DNA of 57,029 nucleotides, taken from the IMG/VR virus record IMGVR_UViG_3300043425_000238, positions 1 to 57,029 of that record; one strand, given 5' to 3'. The notes below the pieces were generated by a model. The model saw only the letters and a list, made by a program, of their open reading frames with translations. It searched no databases and was not told the DNA's origin. Below are positions 1 to 9,245 of this stretch, one piece after another. The position numbers and the translations under genes are program-made. The stretch is from a virus. Taxonomy: Duplodnaviria > Caudoviricetes. How positions within the stretch are numbered: the first letter of the stretch is position 1; each line of letters starts with the position of its first letter.

Positions 1-218
1 GCTGCACCAGCCCAAGGACCACCGATCGCAGTAGCTGCAATAGGTAAAGCAATCTTAGCTACTGATTTAAAGACCTTACCAATAGACTTAAGAATACCTT
101 TTTTAAATTCATGCAAACCAGTGTTAGGGTTAATCGTGCCAGTACCGCCCATACGACGTAAGACTTCTGCTTCACGTGGATTGATATGGGCCAACATTGT
201 GTCACCGCCACGGCCTTG
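1..218. repeat. Terminal direct repeat (copy 1), circularisation overlap
   Basis: 1-218 matches 56812-57029 except one base (128 g vs 56939 t); an ORF reads through the junction. Confidence 0.95.
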
Positions 219-587
219 AGCAGCTAGATGTTTGGCAGCCTTAGCAAGACCTCCTTTAGCAAAACCTTGACCAGTTGACATACGTGCTTTTAATTCTTCT
301 AGCGCAAGAATCATGACCGCAATAAACATTGGATCAAACTCTGGAGGAGCGTCCTCTGGATCAATAAAACCAGATTGGATAGCAGAGGTAACAACATCCT
401 TGTATGACTCAGGATTCTCAGCAACAAAAGATAGCTGATTGATCAGCTCTTGAATGCCTTGTGCACCATCGGCCATTACTTCAGGATCTTGACTGAGCTC
501 TTGCTCAACCTGATCGACCATTTGTTGTAGTTGCTCAGGATCCATTTGTTGAGCCACGTATTGTAATAAGCTGTCTTTATCTGCCAT
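1..587 (-). CDS. 5' part of putative internal virion/ejection protein; continues at 56811..55677 (about 573 aa in total)
   Basis: Open frame MADKDSLLQYVAQQMDPEQ...GFAKGGLAKAAKHLAAQGRGGDTMLAHINPREAEVL...GTINPNTGLHEF joins the 55677..57008 ORF through the repeat. Not in the ORF track because it runs off the edge. Confidence 0.8.
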   Translation of the reverse strand, partial: MADKDSLLQYVAQQMDPEQLQQMVDQVEQELSQDPEVMADGAQGIQELINQLSFVAENPESYKDVVTSAIQSGFIDPEDAPPEFDPMFIAVMILALEELKARMSTGQGFAKGGLAKAAKHLAAQGRGGDTMLAHINPREAEVLRRMGGTGTINPNTGLHEFKKGILKSIGKVFKSVAKIALPIAATAIGGPWAGA

Positions 588-1020
588 CATGCCACCTGTG
601 ATTTTCAAAGTCTTCTTTTAAGAAGCCATAAATGCAAAGATCGTCGTCATCAAATGCATGACGCATAATCCCCTCTAATTTAAAACCTAAATGTTCGTCA
701 AACCGTCTTGCTGCTTCGTTTTTAGCTTTTACCAAGCCAGTTACCCGTACTGCGCCTAACTTGTCAAACGCATAGTGAAACACTTCGTTAAACAATTTCA
801 AACCCTCTCTAGGAGAAGCCCACTTAGCACCATCAACTGCAGCTGTATGCATGTCAATGTTTCGTGGCGTAAAATTTGACAGTACTACCACAAAAGCCAG
901 ATCATTAGCAGCGTCAACTGCACTAAGAGCACGACAAAAACCGACAGGGCCGTCAATACCAATACGCGCTTTAGCCCACTGAATCGCTTCATCTTCTCTT
1001 TCAAATCCAATAAATTTCAT
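577..1020 (-). CDS. GNAT-fold (RimJ/RimL-like) acetyltransferase-like protein in the tail module
   Basis: C-terminal N..A.RF.EHLGFKLEG.MR pattern typical of RimJ/RimL GNATs; such genes commonly follow the gp10-like tail gene in podoviruses. Confidence 0.7.
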   Translation of the reverse strand: MKFIGFEREDEAIQWAKARIGIDGPVGFCRALSAVDAANDLAFVVVLSNFTPRNIDMHTAAVDGAKWASPREGLKLFNEVFHYAFDKLGAVRVTGLVKAKNEAARRFDEHLGFKLEGIMRHAFDDDDLCIYGFLKEDFENHRWHDGR

Positions 1021-1256
1021 GCTTGTAATGTCTTACATAAGGCATCAGCCCACGGATGCCAATCATCAAAATCATAAGGCGTCGGTACGTTATAAGTAGA
1101 CAAGCCTGTTGCTGTCACAAATTGTACCGCCCAGTTTTGCCATTCATCTTCACTCAATAACTTAGACAAACTTGTTTGATTATCTAAGTCAAACGTAATT
1201 TGGTCAGCCCAGTCCATAAGGCCCATGCCAACAGGTAATGTAATATTAAGACTCAT
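1017..1256 (-). CDS. Hypothetical virion-module protein (79 aa)
   Basis: Translationally coupled (4-bp overlaps) to both neighbours. Confidence 0.65.
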   Translation of the reverse strand: MSLNITLPVGMGLMDWADQITFDLDNQTSLSKLLSEDEWQNWAVQFVTATGLSTYNVPTPYDFDDWHPWADALCKTLQA

Positions 1257-3097
1257 CCTGTAATTGTACCGTCACCTGGCTCAACGTGCATTAAAACTTG
1301 ACCCATTTGGTAATCACCGCCAATAGTGTTACTTGTAAATTTAACGCGCATCTCGCGTCGTTGCTCTTTGAATGGCACAATTTGTGCAGCTGGGTCTGAT
1401 CCAGGGTCATCAACAAAAGTCACCACGTTACTTGTCACAGTAGGCGCTCTAGCGTTAGCGCGGCCTATTACCTCAACTGTCATATCACCAACTTGTACAA
1501 AGTCAGGCTCGATATAACTAATTTTTAATTTACGGTTTTGGTTGGCCATCACAGCTAAAGACAAGTCAGACGTTTGGAAGTAAGACACAATTGGATTAAC
1601 TGTGGTGCCGTCAATTTCATCAAGGCCAATCTCATGGCGCCATACTTTGAAACCTAAACCATTTTGGTTAGTCACACCTGTCATGATCGGTGCTGCAAAG
1701 GCAGGGCTAAATGAAGCTGAAGCACGGCCAGAGTTAGGTAGTGGTGTGTCGTACCAAGTATTCTCACGAACGTTGTAAACAATAGCATGGTTGCATTCTG
1801 TACTTGTCCCTTGTGGGAAGCACCACCAGATCTCGCCAAAGCGAGGTACCTTAGTTGCAAATACCTTTTGCTTTTGTTCGTCGTTTAGTGTGTCATAAAA
1901 GTAGTTGATGTTCATGTTGTTTGGCACTTCACGTACCACACCGTTAAACATTAAGAAACGATCAACACCACACCAATAGTAGATACCATCGTATTCGATG
2001 ATTGAGTTTTGTGACAACACAGTGATCTCAGCAGAGATCGTATCAAACTGGAATACAGTAGCACCACCAGTGAAGGTAGAACGAATCAAAGCGTCATAAG
2101 CCCAGAATAAACCAGCAGGAGCTGAACCAGCGCCAGCACGAAGAGGCAAGCCTTTAACAATCTTTTGACCAGCAATACGCGCTTGGCCAGAACCTGAACC
2201 AACAAGATCACGTGGATTGCCAGACACAGACCAACCTACAAAACCAGCAGTGCCGTAGTAAAACAAGTAAGGATGTAATACCACAATGCCGCCTGTTACG
2301 TTACCGTTAGCAGGTAGTGTCACCTCAGATAGAGGAGTAGTTGCTGTAATATCGCCTGTATAAATATGACCTGCACCAGTTGAAGCGATGTTGTCTTCGT
2401 TAGGTGCTGCGTGCGCTACTAGATCATTTGCTAGTGACACAGATGAGAACATGACGTCAAACATCCAGCAGTTGTCTGCATCTGGAGTGTAAGCGTTTTG
2501 ACCGCCGGTCATATCAGTGTCAGACACTGTGATTGTTGTTGCAGTGGCAGCTACGACAAAGCCATTTGGTGTAGGACCAGTTGAAGCAGCGGTAATGGTA
2601 ATAACAGGGCCTACAGCTGTAGCTGAGTAGTTAGGGCTAGAAGTATATGCAGTGATATTGGCTGCCACAGCTGTGGCAGTAGTCGCTAAATCAGTGGTAA
2701 ATGACACAGGCGCAGACATGATACTGACACCGTTCACTGTAATATTGTCTACTGAACCAGACGCTCCACCTGTCAAAGTTACTGTACCAGTTGCAGCAAC
2801 AGCCACAGGGGTACGGTTACTAATAACAGAAGGGTTGCCATCTAAATCTAAAGTAAAACGTTCAACATAAGACTGCGAACCAGAGTGACAATAAACAAGA
2901 TTGCCTTCAGTAAATGTTTGGAAGCCTCTAGAGATCTGTGTTAGATATAGATTTAACGATCTATAGCCCCACATTTTACGAGGCAGACCACGTTGAAAGC
3001 GTACCCACTGACCATCGATGTAAAAGTCTCCCTCAAAAATAGTCCCATCCCGCTTAATGCCAGGACTTGACTTGAGAACCATTACACTGGCTGGCAT
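1253..3097 (-). CDS. Tail nozzle / packaged-DNA stabilisation protein (P22 gp10/T7 gp12-like) with an inserted Ala/Thr-rich domain
   Basis: 614 aa. N-terminal PGIKRDGT...W.RF.RGLPRK, beta-propeller-like body, FGEIWWCFP and YNVRENTW motifs, and position upstream of the ejection genes. Confidence 0.65.
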   Translation of the reverse strand: MPASVMVLKSSPGIKRDGTIFEGDFYIDGQWVRFQRGLPRKMWGYRSLNLYLTQISRGFQTFTEGNLVYCHSGSQSYVERFTLDLDGNPSVISNRTPVAVAATGTVTLTGGASGSVDNITVNGVSIMSAPVSFTTDLATTATAVAANITAYTSSPNYSATAVGPVITITAASTGPTPNGFVVAATATTITVSDTDMTGGQNAYTPDADNCWMFDVMFSSVSLANDLVAHAAPNEDNIASTGAGHIYTGDITATTPLSEVTLPANGNVTGGIVVLHPYLFYYGTAGFVGWSVSGNPRDLVGSGSGQARIAGQKIVKGLPLRAGAGSAPAGLFWAYDALIRSTFTGGATVFQFDTISAEITVLSQNSIIEYDGIYYWCGVDRFLMFNGVVREVPNNMNINYFYDTLNDEQKQKVFATKVPRFGEIWWCFPQGTSTECNHAIVYNVRENTWYDTPLPNSGRASASFSPAFAAPIMTGVTNQNGLGFKVWRHEIGLDEIDGTTVNPIVSYFQTSDLSLAVMANQNRKLKISYIEPDFVQVGDMTVEVIGRANARAPTVTSNVVTFVDDPGSDPAAQIVPFKEQRREMRVKFTSNTIGGDYQMGQVLMHVEPGDGTITG

Positions 3098-4149
3098 TAG
3101 AACGTCCCTCCAGTGATTGTCCCAGTAACGAAGGCGGTAACAGCAGGAACTACGTCAGAACCGTCAGAATAAACAATAGTTCTAGCACCATTGACCATAG
3201 GAAGAGGCGACACTTGGGTAGCAGTGCCAATAGACACATCAAAACCGCCTGTTGTATTGTCGTAAACCCAATATTGTTGAGTTGTATTTGGCACAATCAC
3301 AGTGATATTTGCGCCAACAGCACCTGTAAATTGGTAAGCAATACGGTTTAATTCGCTGCCTGTTAAAACGTAGTCAGTGCTGCCAGAAATATCGACGACA
3401 ATGTAGTCAAATGCAAAGGTAGCTGATTGACCAAGGCCAATAGTAAAGAAGTCTGTACCGTCAGTGACAATTGTTGCAGAGTCCCCAATAGCCATTTGTA
3501 AGTTAGCAGAACCGTTGATATTAGCAATGCCAGGTGGATCAATTGTAAGCTCGCCTGTACCTGAGTTTCTAACGTTGATGTACCAATCATTGCCAACTAC
3601 AGCAGGGCTAGGCAAGGTAAATGTGCCTAACGCACCTTCCCAGTTGTATAGCTTAGCTCTGTCGGCGGTAACAAAGGTAGTGTTCGTATTAACATTATTA
3701 ACGGCGATCATTGTCTCTAGTGTTGAGCCGTTAGCTTGTAAGCCTGGACCTACTAAAGAGGCAGCGTTAACAAAAGAAGTACCTGCACCAAACTGGTAAA
3801 TGCGCCAAGAACCGTTAGCAGTCGTGTTATTGTATAAGTAGATCTGCCACTGCGTGCCGTTAGTCACTGACAAGATGGTCGTGCCAGCTTGGTTTTTAAC
3901 AGTTATATTAGTGCCAGTTAGATTATTGAATAGGATCGTTTGACCAACAGAAACTTGCGTAGCGTCAGGTAAGATAATTGACCAGGAACCTGTTGTGCTG
4001 GTGATCTCAACAATTTCAGCTGCCGTAGGTTCACCATCTGGTGCTTCGACAGGCCAATACAATTCCACGTTTGCCGTCATGGCAAGTTGAGTGAGAGCTA
4101 CCTCTGATGGATAGATTGTAGAACCAGTAAAGACATTGGTATAAGACAT
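3097..4149 (-). CDS. Tail/fibre-associated structural protein
   Basis: 350 aa, beta-rich with repeated LP.A...G...N modules; coupled to neighbouring tail genes. Confidence 0.6.
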   Translation of the reverse strand: MSYTNVFTGSTIYPSEVALTQLAMTANVELYWPVEAPDGEPTAAEIVEITSTTGSWSIILPDATQVSVGQTILFNNLTGTNITVKNQAGTTILSVTNGTQWQIYLYNNTTANGSWRIYQFGAGTSFVNAASLVGPGLQANGSTLETMIAVNNVNTNTTFVTADRAKLYNWEGALGTFTLPSPAVVGNDWYINVRNSGTGELTIDPPGIANINGSANLQMAIGDSATIVTDGTDFFTIGLGQSATFAFDYIVVDISGSTDYVLTGSELNRIAYQFTGAVGANITVIVPNTTQQYWVYDNTTGGFDVSIGTATQVSPLPMVNGARTIVYSDGSDVVPAVTAFVTGTITGGTF

Positions 4150-4796
4150 TAGGCTTCCGTCCTAGCAGCGTCACGATCCACAATTTTCTTAAGATCTTCA
4201 GTGTTCAATGCGTTAGCAGCGGATTGATAATAGTTTTGCCAAGTAGTAATGCGCTCGTCGTTCTTCAAGAACGGCGTAGCTTCTAGCAAAGCTGCGTATA
4301 ACAATAAGTTAGGCGCGTATTCTGTTAGCCAATTTGTTTGCTGCGTAGCATCGAGTAACGCAGGCAATTCGTAGTACAACACCTCTAGATCGTAAGCTGC
4401 ATTTGGCGTAGGGACAAGCAACCAATGAGTGTAGTCGTAGTCAGCGTAAAATTCTGGCTGCCCTGTTTGTGTTTCATCAGGCCAATAATTACGGCAATAC
4501 TCGTAGGATCTAGTAAAGACAGGCACCATGTCATTAGATGCGCCTTTAACTGTCATTGAGATGGTATCACGCCAACGGTTTGGCTTTTGATAGGTAGCAA
4601 CGCCGTTTGTTAGGGTAGTATTGACAGCAACAATGAAACCTTGGATCTTTAGATCACGAGCGATACGACGCTCCGCCATGTTAATTAGGCGAGGTAATTG
4701 TTCGTAGACGTATGGGTCGTCTGCTAAAGTAAAGCCGCGCTCAAGATACCGTCTAAGGTCAACTTGGAGGCTGTCAAAAGTCATGGTATATGCCAT
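4149..4796 (-). CDS. Head-tail adaptor (tail tubular protein A / P22 gp4-like)
   Basis: LINMAERRIARDL, G.PEFYA, P.P..AY, TNWL...APNLLLYAALLEA motifs of podoviral adaptors. Confidence 0.65.
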   Translation of the reverse strand: MAYTMTFDSLQVDLRRYLERGFTLADDPYVYEQLPRLINMAERRIARDLKIQGFIVAVNTTLTNGVATYQKPNRWRDTISMTVKGASNDMVPVFTRSYEYCRNYWPDETQTGQPEFYADYDYTHWLLVPTPNAAYDLEVLYYELPALLDATQQTNWLTEYAPNLLLYAALLEATPFLKNDERITTWQNYYQSAANALNTEDLKKIVDRDAARTEA

Positions 4797-4858
4797 TGTG
4801 ATCCCTCACTAAAGACTTGCTCCAGACAGCACGTCGACGTTACTAATATTTTCGGCCC

Positions 4859-4889
4859 ATTATAAGCCAAAACCTTTGAAAAATATACA
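4859..4889 (-). promoter_or_regulatory. Putative late/middle promoter TGTATATTT-N16-TATAAT
   Basis: Same motif and spacing at 21322-21352; related motif at 16130-16160. Confidence 0.5.
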
Positions 4890-4893
4890 GCTC

Positions 4894-5394
4894 TTACTTG
4901 TGAAGGCCCTTGAACATCGCGGCTTCATCTTTCCTACGATTATCCAATCCTTTTAGGACTTTCCCACCAGCCTTGTTATACTTGAGCAAGCTTTCCATAG
5001 CCGCTTCTTTATCGCCCCTATTAAGCGCTTGCCTGAGGGTTGACCGCTGCAGTGTGCCAAGACCAAGATTGAAAGCAAAAGATAGAATAGCATCAAACTC
5101 GTGCTGTGCCAACCGTACAGTGATAAGGCGTTCGACCCCACGCTCAAATCTTTCGACATCTTTAGCCAGTATTGAGTCAACTTCTTCTTTGCTCCATGTT
5201 CGGTTATCTTCAGGTCTTAACGGATATGCTTTACGTCTAGCCATGCCTTCAGGTGTAGATGGTATCTTAGCCTGTTCAGGGTACATTACATGACCCACGC
5301 CAATAGTCCATAGTTTAGCAGGACACTGATAAGGGCGCTGCCTCACGCCCTCGTGGTGTGCCAACATTTTAAGTAGTTTTTTGCTTGCCTTCAT
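4894..5394 (-). CDS. Endolysin, GH24 phage lysozyme
   Basis: HEG-x7-C-x5-TIGVGH catalytic region, FDAILSFAFNLG, GL.NRR..E. Start moved to MKASKK, which overlaps the upstream stop. Confidence 0.9.
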   Translation of the reverse strand: MKASKKLLKMLAHHEGVRQRPYQCPAKLWTIGVGHVMYPEQAKIPSTPEGMARRKAYPLRPEDNRTWSKEEVDSILAKDVERFERGVERLITVRLAQHEFDAILSFAFNLGLGTLQRSTLRQALNRGDKEAAMESLLKYNKAGGKVLKGLDNRRKDEAAMFKGLHK

Positions 5395-5912
5395 TATTTC
5401 TTCTGGAACGCTTGTGTACCAAACCAGAATGATACCACTGACGCCCAAATTGTTTGAGTGTCATCATCCCACAAGATATTTAGAGCGACGTCAAAAGGGA
5501 CATTTGTATGGATTGCGTAGTAGAATCCAAAAACATCCACAAACACAAGAAGGCCAAAAAGGCCAAAAGTAATAGCAGGACGGACCGCAGCTCGCATGTT
5601 GATAATCCACTGCGATGCTCCTTGACCAATTGCAATATCATGCGCGTACATTGCACTGCGCTGGTTAGCTTCTGCTTGAATGTCTGCAATGTGAACATCA
5701 GCAGCTGTCTGAGTTTTGATCTCATCGAGTCTTACCTCCTCAAGTTCTTTTTGTGCAACAAAGCCAGCCTTTTGCATCTCTAGCTGTTGCTGGAATTGTA
5801 TCTGAGCCAAGGCAAGCTCGTGTTTTTTGTCAGAGCGATCTTGGAAAAAGCTCAAGAGATTTGGTAAACCTCCTGATAAAAACGAAATAAGTGTAGATAG
5901 TAGTGTCAGCAT
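5394..5912 (-). CDS. Putative holin (3-TM gene-transfer-release holin-like)
   Basis: Hydrophobic N-terminus, DKKHEL coiled coil, VRP.IT helix, C-terminal FWFG; directly upstream of the lysozyme. Confidence 0.65.
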   Translation of the reverse strand: MLTLLSTLISFLSGGLPNLLSFFQDRSDKKHELALAQIQFQQQLEMQKAGFVAQKELEEVRLDEIKTQTAADVHIADIQAEANQRSAMYAHDIAIGQGASQWIINMRAAVRPAITFGLFGLLVFVDVFGFYYAIHTNVPFDVALNILWDDDTQTIWASVVSFWFGTQAFQKK

Positions 5913-5913
5913 C

Positions 5914-6393
5914 TTAGTTTCCTAATGGGTTAACGGTAGCTTTTTGAAGCGCTTTCATGCGGGCTTCTAAGCCTTCCCTGGTTGATTTGATCTCTTCACG
6001 AATGCTAGACAGCATTGCCTGGGTTTCACGTTGTGTACCAAGGGCAATAGTTTTAGCTTCAGTTGAAGCAACAGCTGCCTCGCTTGCTTTCTCTTGCACA
6101 CGAGCTAATTGTGTAGAAGCCTGGAGTAAAGCAGTCTTTGCTGTGTCTACTTCAGCTCGAAGTCTAGCATTTTCTTGTTCTAGCGCTGCATTCTTTTCCA
6201 AGATAGAACGTTTAAGATCATTGTCGTCGTAAGGTTTGTATGCTTCAATTGACTCAGTCGCAGCTATAACACGGTTGTAGGTCGTTATACCGACGTAAAG
6301 CGTCGTTCCGCTTGCCGACAGTATCCCACCAATGATCAAAATTGCCTTCAGTGATAAGCCCAAGAAGGAAGTCTTGGTTTCCTCTAAGTTCAT
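5914..6393 (-). CDS. Membrane-anchored coiled-coil protein (possible i-spanin analogue)
   Basis: One N-terminal TM helix followed by a long coiled coil; lies in the lysis region. Confidence 0.5.
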   Translation of the reverse strand: MNLEETKTSFLGLSLKAILIIGGILSASGTTLYVGITTYNRVIAATESIEAYKPYDDNDLKRSILEKNAALEQENARLRAEVDTAKTALLQASTQLARVQEKASEAAVASTEAKTIALGTQRETQAMLSSIREEIKSTREGLEARMKALQKATVNPLGN

Positions 6394-7264
6394 ATGGTAA
6401 CTCCTGTTGGTATTCCAGTAACGTGTTCAACGTCTGTTCTTGTTGTATTATTGGCGCGTTTAGTACTTCTAGGCTCATTACTAACCCGAATCCTGGCACC
6501 AGCTCCCTGCCCTTCGGTGCGGATGGTGCTTGAACTTGTGGCTGCGATGTAGTCTCGGTAGTCCCTGCAGAGGCTGCAGGTGCAGCTGTCGCCGTGGTTG
6601 TTGGGGAGCTTACCGTCGGTGGCGGAGCAGCTTGTGTCATTGTCTGCACAGTCTCCTCTGTCGCAGTTACAGGTCCTGGCGCTGTGACAGGTGCAGGTGT
6701 GTTGACTGGGTTGATTGGACTCGCAGGACTTATTGGACTTGACACATTCCCTGGATTGATCTGATCCATCTTGCAAGTGTTTGCCGTCTCGATCCAAGGT
6801 GCGACCACTGGCGGCCCGTAAGGATCCGGACAAGACGAAGTTTGCAGCTGCGTTATAGATCCCACGTACCCATCTTGACATGCTACTTGCCTTTCTTGCG
6901 AAGAAGGTTGACACGTTGGAGGGTCTGGCGTGCAATTGTTAGAAGTTGTTGTCCAATCTGACCACTGATTATCACTACACGTTTTAGTGCGGCTTTGGTT
7001 AATTGCACCGCTGTAGTTAGGCTGACAAGCAAGACTTTGAAATTCGACAATGTCTTGACAAGGCGGTTGAACAGGTTGGCCACACTCAGGGATGCCAGGA
7101 TAAAGCTGACACGCAAGTTGCTGACAAGCTTGCATAGTCGTACCTTGAGCGACGCCAAGGCTTGAGTAAACCGGGCCATACCATGCCCACTCAGTTGCAT
7201 AACAATACGCTTTAGCATTATTCGCTCCTAGAAGTAACAAGAGGGAGAGTAAAAGTCTTACCAT
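6254..7264 (-). CDS. Secreted Cys-rich protein with Pro/Thr/Ala-rich linker
   Basis: Signal peptide MVRLLLSLLLLLGANNAKA; repeated CQ..Y.G.I.Q....C...W..T.N.C units; low-complexity stalk. Confidence 0.6.
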   Translation of the reverse strand: MVRLLLSLLLLLGANNAKAYCYATEWAWYGPVYSSLGVAQGTTMQACQQLACQLYPGIPECGQPVQPPCQDIVEFQSLACQPNYSGAINQSRTKTCSDNQWSDWTTTSNNCTPDPPTCQPSSQERQVACQDGYVGSITQLQTSSCPDPYGPPVVAPWIETANTCKMDQINPGNVSSPISPASPINPVNTPAPVTAPGPVTATEETVQTMTQAAPPPTVSSPTTTATAAPAASAGTTETTSQPQVQAPSAPKGRELVPGFGLVMSLEVLNAPIIQQEQTLNTLLEYQQELPYELRGNQDFLLGLITEGNFDHWWDTVGKRNDALRRYNDLQPCYSCD

Positions 7265-7709
7265 ACAAGTCATGGAACCAATCAGGGTGTATTTCAAACC
7301 AAGCTCTCCTTGCTGCATCGCCAATTGCACCGCCTATAGGACAAGGTGAACCTGACATTTCTAGTGCTTGCCACACTGCTTTATCTGCACCACAAGCTAA
7401 AGATACTGCAGCAACTTTTAAGCCTGAGTCATGTAAGAACTTAGCCCATTTTAGTTTTACGCAATTTTGATCTGTTACCATAGTCCCACCAGCGACAGAA
7501 AATACTCCGCCGTTAACAGCACCAGAGACGCCAATACCACAAACGTCCTGAGAGAAAGCTGACATTGAAGGAGCCATTGCAGAAGGGACAGGCTGCCCTT
7601 TGTAATTGATTGTGGTTTCATCAGCAAAGCACCAGTTAGTAAATACTGCTAAATAGCCACCAATAACTAAGGCAATTAGAAAATACAACGATAGCTTGGC
7701 TGATTTCAT
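7218..7709 (-). CDS. Exported/membrane protein with paired Cys (163 aa)
   Basis: MKSAKLSLYFLIALVIGG hydrophobic leader; PSAMAPS...DVC...D.NC..LK...LAC...GSPCP. Start overlaps the upstream stop (ATGA). Confidence 0.6.
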   Translation of the reverse strand: MKSAKLSLYFLIALVIGGYLAVFTNWCFADETTINYKGQPVPSAMAPSMSAFSQDVCGIGVSGAVNGGVFSVAGGTMVTDQNCVKLKWAKFLHDSGLKVAAVSLACGADKAVWQALEMSGSPCPIGGAIGDAARRAWFEIHPDWFHDLYGKTFTLPLVTSRSE

Positions 7710-7867
7710 TTGAGTAGCTGCGCTAACAATAGAACAATGACAAAACCAGCTGTACCGATCATGATCTGTTCTAGTCGCTTTAAACGAGCGTTGATGGTCT
7801 CGTAGCGGAAGGCACAAACGGCCTCGTGCGAGTTAAGCCTCGCTTCGGTTTCGTTTATTGTCGCCAC
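7706..7867 (-). CDS. Small coiled-coil + C-terminal TM protein (XhlA/holin-like, 53 aa)
   Basis: Read by hand from GTG: MATINETEARLNSHEAVCAFRYETINARLKRLEQIMIGTAGFVIVLLLAQLLK. Below the ORF-track cutoff. Confidence 0.6.
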   Translation of the reverse strand: MATINETEARLNSHEAVCAFRYETINARLKRLEQIMIGTAGFVIVLLLAQLLK

Positions 7868-7868
7868 A

Positions 7869-8033
7869 CTAAGCTCCTAAAGCTTGTACTTGCGCAGCTA
7901 ATGCTTGGATCTGTGCTAATAATTGTTCTTTAGTTGGCTGAGGTGGTGCTACTTCAACTGGTACCTCCCAAGTCACAGGAGCATCAGGATGTTCAGTCGT
8001 TTCACCTGTTTCTAAATTAACTTCAATTCTCAT
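7869..8033 (-). CDS. Small fibre-associated chaperone-like protein (54 aa)
   Basis: Read by hand: MRIEVNLETGETTEHPDAPVTWEVPVEVAPPQPTKEQLLAQIQALAAQVQALGA; AGGA RBS; follows a fibre gene. Confidence 0.6.
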   Translation of the reverse strand: MRIEVNLETGETTEHPDAPVTWEVPVEVAPPQPTKEQLLAQIQALAAQVQALGA

Positions 8034-8041
8034 GCTATATC

Positions 8042-9016
8042 CTATTCAAAAAGAATATTAAAAAAACCTATATCAAATGTGTCGGTACCGTTGGCTGTGG
8101 TTATACGAATACGGTCGAGTGCTCCACCTGCGGTTGAACCTGCGCCAGCTCCGTGTTCTGTTCTAGCAGAAGCTGCTCCCGTAACCCCCAATATTGACGA
8201 GAATGTCCATATTTGGTCTTCTCTCTGTCTACTTATTGTCATTTGCCCATATCTAACGTATGAAGCACTAGCGCCATCTGTATTTGACATTGCAAATCCA
8301 GTTGTAAAACTATTTGCACCGACAGCAGTTCCTTGAATTGCAGAACCTGTACTTGCATAGCCTGTTGTTAAAATTCCTGATGCGGCTGTTCCTAGTCTAA
8401 CTAATATATTACTTGCTCCATTAGTGCTTACCGCATCAAACATTACCGTAATTCGTCTAACCCAAGAAGGAATACCTGTAAAATCAATAGCTGTACCTGT
8501 TGCTGCAACAGCCGTGCCAGAGCGAACTTGCATACCACCTAGTGTAGATGTAATGGTACCGTCAGTGGCAATTGACATTTGAGTTGTAGCGCCCACATCA
8601 AAGTTAATAGGAAGAAATGTGCCTGTTCCTTGAATTTGTTGCGCAATATAACAGGCTGTACCGTTGTTTCCAAATCTAAATCTAGACGAGTTAGATAAGT
8701 CACTAGCGCTATATACATCTAGTACAGCTCCGCTGCCTGTTCCGTTAGGTATAAAGTTAACAATTGTCCCGCCATTAGTAGTTGACGTTTGAATAGCTGT
8801 TCTGTTAGCAATAGTAGATTGCGACCAATCTGCTTGAATACGTGGGATGCCCGCAGAAGTAGTTAAAGTTTCTACTGTTACACCGCTCGTCGACAAGGCT
8901 ACAGTATTGGTGCCAAAGTACATACCTGAATCGGTATCAGTTCCTGTGATTGCTGGCGCTGCAGCGGTACCATTGACGTTGGTGATCCCTGAGTCGCCGT
9001 TAAGTGTTATTGCCAT
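8042..9016 (-). CDS. Tail fibre / receptor-binding protein
   Basis: G.AAAPAITG.D.DSG.YF N-terminal module; C-terminal IDFTGIPSWVRRIT...LDRIRITT.NGTDTFD.G domain. Confidence 0.65.
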   Translation of the reverse strand: MAITLNGDSGITNVNGTAAAPAITGTDTDSGMYFGTNTVALSTSGVTVETLTTSAGIPRIQADWSQSTIANRTAIQTSTTNGGTIVNFIPNGTGSGAVLDVYSASDLSNSSRFRFGNNGTACYIAQQIQGTGTFLPINFDVGATTQMSIATDGTITSTLGGMQVRSGTAVAATGTAIDFTGIPSWVRRITVMFDAVSTNGASNILVRLGTAASGILTTGYASTGSAIQGTAVGANSFTTGFAMSNTDGASASYVRYGQMTISRQREDQIWTFSSILGVTGAASARTEHGAGAGSTAGGALDRIRITTANGTDTFDIGFFNILFE

Positions 9017-9017
9017 G

Positions 9018-9242
9018 TTATGCTCCTTCTACTGGAGGGGTTGGTTCTACTGGCTTAGGCTCACAATTGTCAGAAGCCGTGCTGTAATACCACTGATCAG
9101 CTACGCAGTCGTCAGGGCAGTCTGTCCAAAACAATGGTGACGCAACCTCAAAGGTCTGTGTTGCTACTTCCGCTACGCGATAACCTGTTGTCCCATCCCA
9201 GTTTTGTACTGGTTCGTTAGGTGAAACTAATGCATTTTTCAT
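9018..9242 (-). CDS. Small fibre-associated protein
   Basis: 74 aa (F.VA.PLFW.DC.DD..ADQWYY); follows the Gly-rich fibre gene. Confidence 0.55.
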   Translation of the reverse strand: MKNALVSPNEPVQNWDGTTGYRVAEVATQTFEVASPLFWTDCPDDCVADQWYYSTASDNCEPKPVEPTPPVEGA

Positions 9243-9245
9243 ATC

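Noticed and set aside
2510-2810. Tail-sheath-like segment (AVAATGTVTLTG...) suggesting a contractile tail
   Set aside because: It is a short insert in a gp10-like nozzle protein; I found no sheath, tube, tape-measure or baseplate genes.
4894-5394. Cys in place of the catalytic Asp in the lysozyme as a novelty
   Set aside because: The E-x8-C-x5-T triad is a known GH24 variant (e.g. P1 Lyz).
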